Shown: positions 38,354 through 47,928 of the stretch, piece by piece
Layout of the letters: every line of letters begins with the position of its first letter
Numbering within the stretch: the stretch's first letter is position 1
Virus record (IMG/VR): IMGVR_UViG_3300017963_000003
Location: 1 to 64,000 of that record
Length of the DNA stretch: 64,000 bases
Direction: 5' to 3' (one strand)
From: a virus
The notes under the pieces: model-generated
What the model saw: only the letters and a program-made list of their open reading frames with translations
The model's database searches: none
Told to the model about the DNA's origin: nothing
Program-made: the position numbers and the translations under genes

Positions 38354-39102
38354 ACCAACTCGTTAAAAAACTCAGTCCCCAGCGTGAGGGAAATGTACCT
38401 AAAAATGTCATCCATTGAAGGAATCGTTTCTGTCGCCACGAAAGAAAAAGAGTACGTCTTGCTGAAAGGGTTAGCCGCGTCGTCGGTAAACTCCAGCACA
38501 CGGTCAAAATGACCGATGAACTGAATCAACGCATTGGCCAACATAGGGCTACTGTACATGAAATAAAAACGATTAGGGTACCCCCCGAACGGATCAATAA
38601 CAGGCTCCCGCGTGAGGCTGTACAGGTTCCAGAAGTTCACGAGCTTCGAAGCACCTTGCAACGCCTCGATATCAAGCCCCTCCTGGTTCGTGACCGACTT
38701 CACCCAGTCCCGGAACTTCTTGATATTCTCAGAGAGATACTTGCTGTTGCGCTGCATCCCAGTACGGATGTTGATGTTCCCCGTCGCCCCAGCAAAACTG
38801 ATGTTGATGACGTCGTTGTTGCGACCCTTCGCGTTCGTCCAGTGATAGAACACAGCACCGGACTGCGTATCTCGCCTCGTAATCCTCTTGTTCTGCGAAA
38901 AGGTCACAGTCTCCGGATTCATCTTCATGCGCACAGGATCAATGCCGTTGTTCATACGTTGATCCGAAGTGAACATAAAAGGAACTCGATACGCAACATC
39001 CTCGTAGGGGTTGAGTATCCGATCAAGAATACGTTCTGTAGAAGGTGTAGGAGTCGTCTCCCCACCAAACGTATTACGCAAATTTTCCAAAAATGTCGCC
39101 AT
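38350..39102 (-). CDS. Tail tube initiator / baseplate protein (gp48/gp54-like)
   Basis: MKMNPETVTFSQNK..TR..TQSG, ISFAGATG, FIGHF...FTDDAANPFSKTYSFSF; directly after the tape measures. Confidence 0.65.
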   Translation of the reverse strand: MATFLENLRNTFGGETTPTPSTERILDRILNPYEDVAYRVPFMFTSDQRMNNGIDPVRMKMNPETVTFSQNKRITRRDTQSGAVFYHWTNAKGRNNDVINISFAGATGNINIRTGMQRNSKYLSENIKKFRDWVKSVTNQEGLDIEALQGASKLVNFWNLYSLTREPVIDPFGGYPNRFYFMYSSPMLANALIQFIGHFDRVLEFTDDAANPFSKTYSFSFVATETIPSMDDIFRYISLTLGTEFFNELV

Positions 39103-39110
39103 TACCTACC

Positions 39111-41906
39111 TCAGCCCGGAGCGAGCCCCAGCGCAGCAAGCTGGTTAGCCTGCTCCCCTTGGCGCTTCTTGGTTCGCTCTCGATGTTGCTTTCCGGTTGC
39201 CCATTCACGCGCCTCGCGACCAGCAGCGGTATCAGCTCCTGGCCTCCAGAAGAGGGCACGCTCGTAGTTCCGTCCTCCAGAAGGAATGGAACCTAAGAGA
39301 CCCCCACCCCTCATGAACGGCGGAAGTCCCTCGCCCTCGTTGGCGTGAATGAACCCCGTCGCACCCTTCGTCCAGTCCTGTGTCCCGGAATCACCTCTCA
39401 AGATGCTGCGCGCGAAATCAATCGTAGCCTGCGAGGGGCGACGGCGCGTAGCGTACTGGCGGTTGTACCGCTTATTGTTGTTCTGCTTCCCCCACCCCTT
39501 ACCGGAAGTGGCCTTGTTCTTGAGAGCACCCCCACCCCTGCCCTTGGCACGATTGATCAGAGTGTGCGCGATACCTACCAGCTCCTTCTTGCGCGCAGGA
39601 CTGTACCCTCCAGCTTCGCTCTGAAGGACACGAGCCAGCGCCTCCACGTCGTCCCCGGTGTACTTGCCCTCACTGGCAAGAGCCATACTGCTGAACTCTC
39701 CCTCCAGCTCCGCTTCCTCGGAAGCGAAGGAAAGCCCACAACGAGGGCAGTTGCCGCCGATCTCGAATGAAATGTTGCCCTGGGTGTCTACACCGCCCAC
39801 TTCGAGAGTGACTCCGCCTCCAGCCCACGGGCCGTCCCATTCCGACTGCGCAGCCTGAGGGTCCTTCTTTACCGAAGCAGGTGCCTTCGCCATCTGCTTG
39901 GGAGCCATCGAAGATTGACCCGACTGGAGCGATGCCACGGGGATCTGCACCACTTGAGACGGAGCGAACGCGTTGCCCGCACCCCGACCCTTGGTACCCG
40001 GCATCGATCTGAGTCGAGAAGACGCAGGATCGAAGTTCCAGGCCTCCTGGAGGGTCTTCATCGAGGTCCCCAGGACGTCAGAACCCATGCGCTTCATCGC
40101 CTTTGTCATCTGGGACAGACCCCGGTTCATCTTGCGCTTGTGCTCTTCCGTGTTCCCGAACAAGGCGTTGATGTCAGCCGCCAACCGATTATTGTCCTGC
40201 TGATCGCCGCTGATGCCGTTCACAATGAACTCAGGGAGGGCCTTGAAGAACGCAATCAGCCACGACACGGCCTGGATGACCATGCCCATGATACCCTGCC
40301 CTACCTTGGCCAGTCCCTTCATCCACGAGTTCATCGTGCGCTCGAATTTGCTGCGCTTGGTGGCCTCCACGCCAAACGACTTGGACAGGATCTCGGAATT
40401 CTGCTTGGCCGCCGTGGCTGCCTCTACGGTCTTCCCCTCCTTCATCTTGGAACCGATCTCGGCTATCAGACGGGCACCCTCAAACCCGAGACCCATCTGC
40501 TTCTCCATGTAGAACCGCGCGGTCTCCTCGTCCCCTCCAGTGGCCTCCATGGCGATGTCGTAGACGGCCTCGACGATTCGCGTGACTTCTCCACTGTTGT
40601 TGCCCTCGGCAACACGGCGGAATGCGTCCATCATCTTCTGCCGTGCTTCGAGTCCTCGACCGTAGCCGAGCCGTTCCCCGAGAATGATCTTCCAGGAATC
40701 CGACATCTTGGCGATCCCAGACGCCATCTGCTGTATCCCCATCGCGGCCTGCTTTCCCGCGAACTGCTTGGGAACACCCATCTTGGAGAACTGCTCCGTA
40801 ACGTGCGAGTAGATGTCCACGACGTTATCGATGTCGTACCCCATCTTGGCCAGCTCCTTGCCAGCATCCTCCACGTTCTTCACGTACTGCATCGCACCGA
40901 TACCGGAATCCCGACCCACCATGTACATCCGGGTCAAGGACTCCCTGGCCTCGTCAGTGGTCTTGCCGTAGTCGGCCATCAGGCCCACCATCCGCTTAGC
41001 GCTCTCCCCACCTCCCAGCTCGAACATCTTGTCCAGAGCCAGAGTCACCGTGACGGCACTGCTGTGGACGCCCTTGAGCCGCGTATCGACAGTCCGCGTC
41101 ATCTGATCGACGCTGACACCGCCGTCGACAAAAGCCTGGGCAACCGACTGAATCTGTTCCCGGTTGATCCCCATGTACTGCTGCAACGACTCCTGGATCG
41201 AGGACAGGTGACGAGTTCCAGAACGTACAGCCCCCTTCACCCCGTCATCGTAGGCGGCGATGAGGATGTTCTTCATCTCCCCGGCCTGGGCACGAACCCT
41301 GTCGCGGTCCATGTAGCCGTGGATCATGATGCCGATACCACCCGCTGCAAGGGCCTTCCACTTCGGCACCTTGAGCTTCTGCATCATGCCGCCGATCTTA
41401 CCCTTCAGCGTCCTCCACTCTGACCGAACCACCTGCTTGGACTTGTTGGCCGCCCAAGCACGCGCACCGCTCTTCTTACGGCCCTTGCTGTCACGCCCCT
41501 TAGCGCCTCCTCCGCCGTCCTCGGCGTCCACCTGACCCGCAACAGCGTCTGCCTTGTCTACAAGCCCCCTTGCGCCCGCTGAGAGGCTCTCAAAGTCCTT
41601 CTCGGCGGCCTTGACCGTCTTCTCCAGCTCGTCGAAGGACTTACCCATGCTCCCCGCGAGCTTCTCGAACTTCTGAGAAACCCCCTGGACGTACTCCTGC
41701 CCCATACCGGTCAGCTTCGACCCCTCCTTGAGGGTGGGATCGTTCTCCAGATCCGAGAACACGGTCTTGAAGCTGTCGCGTAGAGACGCACCGAGCGCAT
41801 CGATCATCTCAGTGTTGCGCTGAGATACCTCACTGATGGCGTCACCGAGTTCGGTGAACTTGAACCGAGCAGCATCGAGATGCTGTATGTCAACGATATC
41901 GGTCAT
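39111..41906 (-). CDS. Tape-measure-like protein 3 with C-terminal SleB/Hydrolase_2-like cell-wall hydrolase
   Basis: Helical core paralogous to the two upstream genes; C-terminal DDVEALARVLQSEAGG...HTLINRA...WTKGATGFIH. Confidence 0.8.
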   Translation of the reverse strand: MTDIVDIQHLDAARFKFTELGDAISEVSQRNTEMIDALGASLRDSFKTVFSDLENDPTLKEGSKLTGMGQEYVQGVSQKFEKLAGSMGKSFDELEKTVKAAEKDFESLSAGARGLVDKADAVAGQVDAEDGGGGAKGRDSKGRKKSGARAWAANKSKQVVRSEWRTLKGKIGGMMQKLKVPKWKALAAGGIGIMIHGYMDRDRVRAQAGEMKNILIAAYDDGVKGAVRSGTRHLSSIQESLQQYMGINREQIQSVAQAFVDGGVSVDQMTRTVDTRLKGVHSSAVTVTLALDKMFELGGGESAKRMVGLMADYGKTTDEARESLTRMYMVGRDSGIGAMQYVKNVEDAGKELAKMGYDIDNVVDIYSHVTEQFSKMGVPKQFAGKQAAMGIQQMASGIAKMSDSWKIILGERLGYGRGLEARQKMMDAFRRVAEGNNSGEVTRIVEAVYDIAMEATGGDEETARFYMEKQMGLGFEGARLIAEIGSKMKEGKTVEAATAAKQNSEILSKSFGVEATKRSKFERTMNSWMKGLAKVGQGIMGMVIQAVSWLIAFFKALPEFIVNGISGDQQDNNRLAADINALFGNTEEHKRKMNRGLSQMTKAMKRMGSDVLGTSMKTLQEAWNFDPASSRLRSMPGTKGRGAGNAFAPSQVVQIPVASLQSGQSSMAPKQMAKAPASVKKDPQAAQSEWDGPWAGGGVTLEVGGVDTQGNISFEIGGNCPRCGLSFASEEAELEGEFSSMALASEGKYTGDDVEALARVLQSEAGGYSPARKKELVGIAHTLINRAKGRGGGALKNKATSGKGWGKQNNNKRYNRQYATRRRPSQATIDFARSILRGDSGTQDWTKGATGFIHANEGEGLPPFMRGGGLLGSIPSGGRNYERALFWRPGADTAAGREAREWATGKQHRERTKKRQGEQANQLAALGLAPG

Positions 41907-44212
41907 CGTGCGCCCATCCGGGTAGAGCTATTCTGAGAAACCCGTTTCCTCGATTCTATCAGAGAAGATGTCGTTCCTTTTTTACCCACAGCGGGTTTTG
42001 AAATACCGTCAGAAGACTCACTCACGTTGGAGTTCATCGTGCGGTCCTTGGCACGAGCCTCCCTGCGAACCTTCTGCGGAGAGCGGCGTCTAGACTTTCT
42101 ACCAGCCTGCGGTTTGTCTGCGGAGGAGACTGCCTTCTGGACCTTCCCTCGACGTTCCGTCTGATCAGGAACCGCCGCGTCCAGCTCCACGTCGGCGTCC
42201 GTATCGACATCGAGATCGTAGTCTCCGCTAGACAGAATATCCGGGTCTTCGTCGATCAGGTCCTCCCGAACCCTTTCCTCGTCAACGTCCATACCCCCAC
42301 CGTACCCAGGAGCCATCGGAGCCTCTACCGGGGCTTGATCACGCAAAACATCCAAGAGAGGGCCAAACGTCTCCCGAAACTCACCACCCAAGGCCTGTCC
42401 GGCGATCTCGAAACCACCGATGAGCTTCTCCCAGCTACCGGCCATCGTGTTGAAGACCTTGTTCTGCTGAGCGTAGATGCGGTGATACACCTCTTGACGC
42501 TCAGAAACAGGAGTCAAGAGAATCTGAGCCTCCCCTTTGAGGCCGACCATCAACACCGAGACCAGGTCCACCAGGATCGCCAGGATCGCCTCACCGATAC
42601 GCGCCATCCCGCGAATCAGCTCTCTCCGAGTACGGTGCAAAGAGGAGACACGCTCGCTCTCCGTCTGGAAAGCCTTGCGAAGCTCTTTTCGCTCTTTCTC
42701 GGACAGGTCCTCCAGCTTGCCACCCTCAGCTAGCTTCTCCCCCGCGTCCCAAACCAACTGAGCAGTCCGGTTCTTGACGTTCAGAAGCTTCGAAGTGGCG
42801 TAGATCCCCCGACTCCGCGACGTAGAGGTCTTGGACTTCAGAGTACGTACGGTGGAACGGATGAGATTCTCCAAAAACTGGTCATCATCCCCCTTAGAGA
42901 TGCGGCGCAGACCGTCGTCGAACCTCAGCATCAACGAAACCGCATCCGCCTCCTGGTCCTGGTACATGTCCCTAGCAAGAACGATCTTGAGCTGATCGTC
43001 CAGCTTCGTAAACGACGTCATCAGATCGGCTACAACACCTTCGGCCTGCTTCCCCGCGTACCTCTCGGACAACCCATGCGCGGAGTAGAAATCGATCACC
43101 TTCCCCGCGAAAACAGCAGCCGTCTCCGCCTGTACGCCCATTCGCGAAAGAGGATCAGCAGCAGACATAACGATGCGCGTGAAGTTACGAACACCGATAG
43201 CGCTCCGAGCACCGGCAGCGGTCAACCGAGTGTAGAACCCCGCAGCGTCATCCAACTTCATCCCGTAGTCGCGAACGAGACTCGTGATGTCCCCCATGGC
43301 CTCCGCCGTGGCGAAGTTGAAGTGCTTCCCTATACCCAGCGCCAGGGTGACGACGTTCTTCCCCACCTTCCCCAACCCATCATCAAAGGTCTTCAACATG
43401 TCAGAAGCGCGGAAGCCATTGTCGACCATCAACTTCACCGCGCCCTGGGTTTCTTTCCGACCCACACCCCATTGCCACTGGGCACGCTCACCCCAGTTGG
43501 CAAACCACCGAGTGGCTCTCCGGGAACTCGCTGAGAACAGCGAGTCCACACTACCCTCGAAGAGGTTGGCCATCTCGGACATCTCAGCACGCCGACGGTC
43601 ACGCTCTGTGTACCCGAGAACCATCGCCCCGATGAGACCACCGACAAAACCCGTAGCCACTCCCCCTGGAATCTTGCGCAGAACGCTCTGTAGCTGTTTC
43701 TTGACCGAAGCTGCCTCTTTGCCAACAAACTTCGCAAGACGTGATTGCCGCTCTTCGGCCTCATCAGTGGCGCTGTCTGCCTCCTGGGCCACCTTCTCGG
43801 TCGACTTCAGGGCCTCCTCGGCATCGTTCTTAGCCCCTGCCGTATCCGGGACCGGCGGAAGAGGTTGCGTCTTCTCGGGGGCTTCCCCTCGGGGGTCCTC
43901 GTTACCGAGAAAGTTTTCGATCTTCAACGACCGGAGCTTGTCGAGAGCGCTGCTCATGGTGCGCTCCTGTCGGTCGTACGCGCTGAGGCTGCTCTCAATC
44001 TTGGACACCGAGGCATCCGTCATGGGAAGAATCAACGGAGGAGGATCACCCACTGAACCGGAACCCAACGTGATGTCGTCCGATGCACGCATAACGCGCG
44101 CTGAAAGCATCTGAATCGTGTTCCCCAGCTCAGTGTATGCTCGCGTGGTACCCTCTAGCTGAGAACTCAGCCAAGGGAGATCAACTACGAGCCGTGGAAT
44201 ACCGTCGGTCAT
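41903..44212 (-). CDS. Tape-measure-like protein 2
   Basis: 769 aa, helical and Ala/Gly-rich; shares the GY.ERDR, GKNV..., YAG.QA and TES.RVSSLH blocks with TMP1. Confidence 0.8.
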   Translation of the reverse strand: MTDGIPRLVVDLPWLSSQLEGTTRAYTELGNTIQMLSARVMRASDDITLGSGSVGDPPPLILPMTDASVSKIESSLSAYDRQERTMSSALDKLRSLKIENFLGNEDPRGEAPEKTQPLPPVPDTAGAKNDAEEALKSTEKVAQEADSATDEAEERQSRLAKFVGKEAASVKKQLQSVLRKIPGGVATGFVGGLIGAMVLGYTERDRRRAEMSEMANLFEGSVDSLFSASSRRATRWFANWGERAQWQWGVGRKETQGAVKLMVDNGFRASDMLKTFDDGLGKVGKNVVTLALGIGKHFNFATAEAMGDITSLVRDYGMKLDDAAGFYTRLTAAGARSAIGVRNFTRIVMSAADPLSRMGVQAETAAVFAGKVIDFYSAHGLSERYAGKQAEGVVADLMTSFTKLDDQLKIVLARDMYQDQEADAVSLMLRFDDGLRRISKGDDDQFLENLIRSTVRTLKSKTSTSRSRGIYATSKLLNVKNRTAQLVWDAGEKLAEGGKLEDLSEKERKELRKAFQTESERVSSLHRTRRELIRGMARIGEAILAILVDLVSVLMVGLKGEAQILLTPVSERQEVYHRIYAQQNKVFNTMAGSWEKLIGGFEIAGQALGGEFRETFGPLLDVLRDQAPVEAPMAPGYGGGMDVDEERVREDLIDEDPDILSSGDYDLDVDTDADVELDAAVPDQTERRGKVQKAVSSADKPQAGRKSRRRSPQKVRREARAKDRTMNSNVSESSDGISKPAVGKKGTTSSLIESRKRVSQNSSTRMGAR

Positions 44213-46578
44213 TCGCTGTTCGGCCTCTTGAGGATATTCTTCTGGGCTTCCTGGTTGGCAGTCCCGGCGTCACCGGCACTGAGCACCGTCTTGCCTTTGC
44301 TGGCACCCACCTGCTGGTCCACCTGGGAGCGCTTCTTCTGTCTCTTGTAAGCACGGCGTATACGAGCCAACTCTTTCTTCTGCAAATGCCCCTCTACGGC
44401 GCTCGCCCTCTCTTCCAGTGCCTGAGTGCGCCTACTCCACTTCTGGAAGTCTTCGCTCGGTGCCTCGCCTTCTTCAGGAGCGTGCATGAGCTTCATCATC
44501 TCCGACGCCCACGCAGCGTTCTTCAAGAAGTCGACCGTCATCTGGTCCTTGACCTGACGACGAAAGTCCTCGTCCCCCGCCAGGTCACTAAAAACACTCC
44601 CTAGCTCCTTGGCAGCCGCATCCGCATCCTCCAGAGAGGTAATAGGCCTCATGCCGCCGCCCGTAGGAACCTTGTAGTTCAGTGCGTCCAAAAGGGGCTT
44701 GAAGTCCCGTCCGAACTCCTTACCCAAGATGCCGGGAACCATACCCGCGCCCTTCATGATCTGGTCCACACCGGTACCCATGTGCGCGTTCAGCGTGTCG
44801 AGTTGATCACTGATGCGACTCAGCTCGGTCTGCACCTGACCGGGGCTACCTGAAACCGCAGCGGAAACGATATCCGGGAGCGCACGGATACCTGTCACGA
44901 TAACCCCTAGCAGCCCCACGAGAACCTTGATCAAGCCGCGACCGATCTCACCTATCGCACGGTAGAGACGACGCTGCGTCTTGTGCAACGATGATACCCG
45001 CTGACTCTCCGTCATGAAGGCACGACGCAGGTGCTTCGTCTCATCCTTCGACAGCTCGGACAAATCGTTGGTCCGCGCGAGCTTCTCCCCCAGATCGTAC
45101 AACGTCGCCGCCGTACGGTTATCCATACCCTGGTACTCCATGACACGGATGGATTGAGCACGACTACGACCACCGCGACTGGACCACTGAGTGAAAAGCA
45201 CCAACGCCTTCTGCATGAAGTCGTCGCCCCCACCCTCAGCAACACGAAGAAAACCGTCCTCCCACTTCTGGAGGGCGTCCAGCGCGTTCAGCTCAGGGAA
45301 CATCTGCTGCGCCAGAACAGCCTTCATGCTCGGGTTGAGGTTCGCGAGACCTGCGGACATGCCACCGATGACCTGCGAGGCCTGATTGCCCGCGTATCGG
45401 GGATCGAGCCCCATGTCCTCGTAGTGCTTCCGGATGGTCTCCATGACGGACGCAACGTTGGACACGTCAACGCCGTACTGCTGCATCGCGGAGGAGCCTG
45501 AGATGACAGAATCGACGAACCTACCGATACCCATCGCGCTACGCTGCCCCGCGAAAGCCAGCTTGACGTACTTGTCCGTAGCGGTATCGAGAGAATCACC
45601 AAGCTCAGTAGTGATCTTGATGATGTTGCTCATGGAGGTACCGGTCTTCTGGTTGAAGTGCTTGTCCACGGCGATGGACGCAACAGTCACGTTCTTGCCA
45701 ACAAGACCCAAGTCTTTGTTGTACGTGGTCATGAAGTCCTTCGACCGGTACCCAGCGTCAACCATGCTCTTCAGTACAGCCTGCGTTTCCTCCTTGGCCA
45801 CCCCGTAGAACCACTGCGCGGTCTCTTGGAACCCAGAGAAGAACCGAGTAGCTCGCTTCGATGCTTTCGAAGAAAGCGCCTCTCCGGTAGCTTCGAAGAC
45901 ATTCAGAATCTCTCCCGATTGCCACCGAAGACGGTCCCTCTCCTGATACCCCATGACCATCGCAGCCAGGAGACCCCCAGCGATGCCCCCGGCAGTCATA
46001 ACGCCGCCAGGAACATGACTGAGCACGCTCTTGACCTGACCCTTGGCGGCGTCCAGCTCAGACTTCAAGTACCGCTTAGCGCGGTTGATAACCATCACCG
46101 AGGCCTTATCGGCCTCCTGAATCTTCTTGATCGACTCCAAAGCCGCATGCTTGACCTCGTCGGAGGACATGCTGGCCAGGCGAACGCTCTCCTTGACGAT
46201 TTCCGCCTTGGCCTCCGCTGCGCTGAGCTGAGGAGGTGTGGGGTCCTTGGTAGCGGCCCCCATCTTGACCCCCGACAGGCGAGTCATGTCGTTAGCGATC
46301 TTCTCGCTATGACGTGACATCTCTTCGAGGAGGTTGGACGTAGAGCCTACCCCGGACTCCATGATCTGGACCGACCGCTCCATCTGCGGAGTGATCGAAG
46401 AGAGACTGACATTGACCGACGCCGCCTGCTCCTGGAGAGAGACCAGCTCTTCGTCCGTACGGGAAATGAGACCCTGAAGAGACCTGCCGAAATCCGTGTA
46501 GGTCCTCCGAACGTCGTCGATCTGAGCCTGGAACTTATCCAGGTCGAATCGAAGCAGGTACTCTTCAGTGGTCGCCAT
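44209..46578 (-). CDS. Tape-measure-like protein 1
   Basis: About 789 aa directly after the tail chaperones, the canonical TMP position. ATG 46578 overlaps the chaperone stop (TGATG). Confidence 0.8.
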   Translation of the reverse strand: MATTEEYLLRFDLDKFQAQIDDVRRTYTDFGRSLQGLISRTDEELVSLQEQAASVNVSLSSITPQMERSVQIMESGVGSTSNLLEEMSRHSEKIANDMTRLSGVKMGAATKDPTPPQLSAAEAKAEIVKESVRLASMSSDEVKHAALESIKKIQEADKASVMVINRAKRYLKSELDAAKGQVKSVLSHVPGGVMTAGGIAGGLLAAMVMGYQERDRLRWQSGEILNVFEATGEALSSKASKRATRFFSGFQETAQWFYGVAKEETQAVLKSMVDAGYRSKDFMTTYNKDLGLVGKNVTVASIAVDKHFNQKTGTSMSNIIKITTELGDSLDTATDKYVKLAFAGQRSAMGIGRFVDSVISGSSAMQQYGVDVSNVASVMETIRKHYEDMGLDPRYAGNQASQVIGGMSAGLANLNPSMKAVLAQQMFPELNALDALQKWEDGFLRVAEGGGDDFMQKALVLFTQWSSRGGRSRAQSIRVMEYQGMDNRTAATLYDLGEKLARTNDLSELSKDETKHLRRAFMTESQRVSSLHKTQRRLYRAIGEIGRGLIKVLVGLLGVIVTGIRALPDIVSAAVSGSPGQVQTELSRISDQLDTLNAHMGTGVDQIMKGAGMVPGILGKEFGRDFKPLLDALNYKVPTGGGMRPITSLEDADAAAKELGSVFSDLAGDEDFRRQVKDQMTVDFLKNAAWASEMMKLMHAPEEGEAPSEDFQKWSRRTQALEERASAVEGHLQKKELARIRRAYKRQKKRSQVDQQVGASKGKTVLSAGDAGTANQEAQKNILKRPNSE

Positions 46579-47405
46579 CAATCACTCTCCACGATCACAG
46601 TCGGCCTGTCGAGGCTCGGTTCTGCCTCCACGGACTTGTCCGATGTGACTTGGACCGACACCAAATCAACGTGCTCCACAATGTGCTGCTGAGAATGCTC
46701 GCGCTTCATGTCATGCCGGGCTTGACCGATAGTGCGCGCAGCGACATCCGACAGGGAGTTTTCCTCGATGTCGTCTTTGTTGAGAACCAGAGACTCCAGA
46801 AGGGCCTGGTTGTCCCGACCACCCCAGGACATCATCCGTTGCAGCTCCTCAGGGGTGCTGTCGCACTCGACGTCGCCGTCGTCCTCCATGAAGGCTTCCA
46901 GCTCGTCGGGGGTCATCTCCACGACACCGGTATCGACGGGGCGACCGTCGTCACCAACCTGGCCCGATGCAGCGAGCTGACCCGCCACCTCCTGCTGGGT
47001 ATGGAGCTGTTCGGTACGGTCTTTGATCATCGAGAGGACGTCATCACGCCCAGTCATCACAGAAAGTGGCATGATCTCGTCAGGAGTAGGCATCCGAAGC
47101 AACCCCGTCTCCTCGTCCTCCACCGGACACAGGTTGAGGCCCAACATGCTCACCACCTGGTCTTTCACTATGTCCGCCATCAGCTCGATGTCCTTGTACC
47201 GATCCAAGTCCTCCTTGTTCATCGCCTCAAGCTCAAACACCCACTGGGTATCGTTCATCCCCTTGATACGGGGGTCCCCGATGGGGATCTGTCGCTTCGT
47301 CAAGACCTTGGCCTTGATCCGAAGGCGAGAAGCTATTCGTCGCCAGACGGGGAAGACTCGGTCCCAGTGGGCTTCTCGCCCTCTTCCGAACCCTCCCCGG
47401 AGGAT
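46578..47405 (-). CDS. Tail assembly chaperone T segment, translated via -1 frameshift as a GT fusion of about 430 aa
   Basis: The -1 frame is open from the slip site (ILRGGFGRGREAHWDRVFPVWRRIASRLRIKAKVLTKRQIP...) into the track ORF 47303-46578, which has no SD or ATG of its own near its start. Confidence 0.75.
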   Translation of the reverse strand: MLRGGFGRGREAHWDRVFPVWRRIASRLRIKAKVLTKRQIPIGDPRIKGMNDTQWVFELEAMNKEDLDRYKDIELMADIVKDQVVSMLGLNLCPVEDEETGLLRMPTPDEIMPLSVMTGRDDVLSMIKDRTEQLHTQQEVAGQLAASGQVGDDGRPVDTGVVEMTPDELEAFMEDDGDVECDSTPEELQRMMSWGGRDNQALLESLVLNKDDIEENSLSDVAARTIGQARHDMKREHSQQHIVEHVDLVSVQVTSDKSVEAEPSLDRPTVIVESD

Positions 47406-47869
47406 TTTTTTGCTGCGTCCTGGGCGTCCTCCCTACGCTGTTCGAGAGACTCCCAGAAACCCCACATCTCCTCCAGACGCTCCGGAGGACGCTCCGCCAG
47501 GTACTGCATCAGGTACTCGGCCGCGAAGTACTTCTGATTGTAACGCCCCCGACCATCGACGAGCTGCACGATCTGACGTCCCTCCTCGGTGCTCTCCCAC
47601 TCCTCGCGGAAGAACTCGAAGACAGGAATTCCGTTGATGGCGCGAATGCCGATGGACAGTGTGGGCAACCTCCAGGAAGAAACCGTCGAGATGCGCGACC
47701 CGGTGTTGATGAACGAGTTACGCCAGTTCGACTCTTCCTCCGTCAGCAGACGTATCGTCCACTCACGGCCCATCCACAGGAAAGTATCCTCGATGGTCTC
47801 GCCATCGAGTTCCCGAGCAAGGTCCAGCAACATCTTTTTGGGACTTTGATTGTCGTTTGAAGGCAACAC
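47333..47869 (-). CDS. Tail assembly chaperone G
   Basis: GTG 47869 follows a GGAGGAGGAG SD; 178 aa between tube and TMP genes; LPTLSIGIRAINGIP core. Confidence 0.8.
   Translation of the reverse strand: MLPSNDNQSPKKMLLDLARELDGETIEDTFLWMGREWTIRLLTEEESNWRNSFINTGSRISTVSSWRLPTLSIGIRAINGIPVFEFFREEWESTEEGRQIVQLVDGRGRYNQKYFAAEYLMQYLAERPPERLEEMWGFWESLEQRREDAQDAAKKSSGEGSEEGEKPTGTESSPSGDE
47405..47411 (-). promoter_or_regulatory. Programmed -1 frameshift heptamer A AAA AAA
   Basis: GCA AAA AAA in the G frame; a -1 shift lands in the T frame (102 nt upstream of 47303, in phase). Confidence 0.8.
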
Positions 47870-47928
47870 GGCTTTCGCTCCTCCTCCCGCTACGCGGGGT
47901 CTAATTGTGAGTCGCTTTCGCGACAAAC

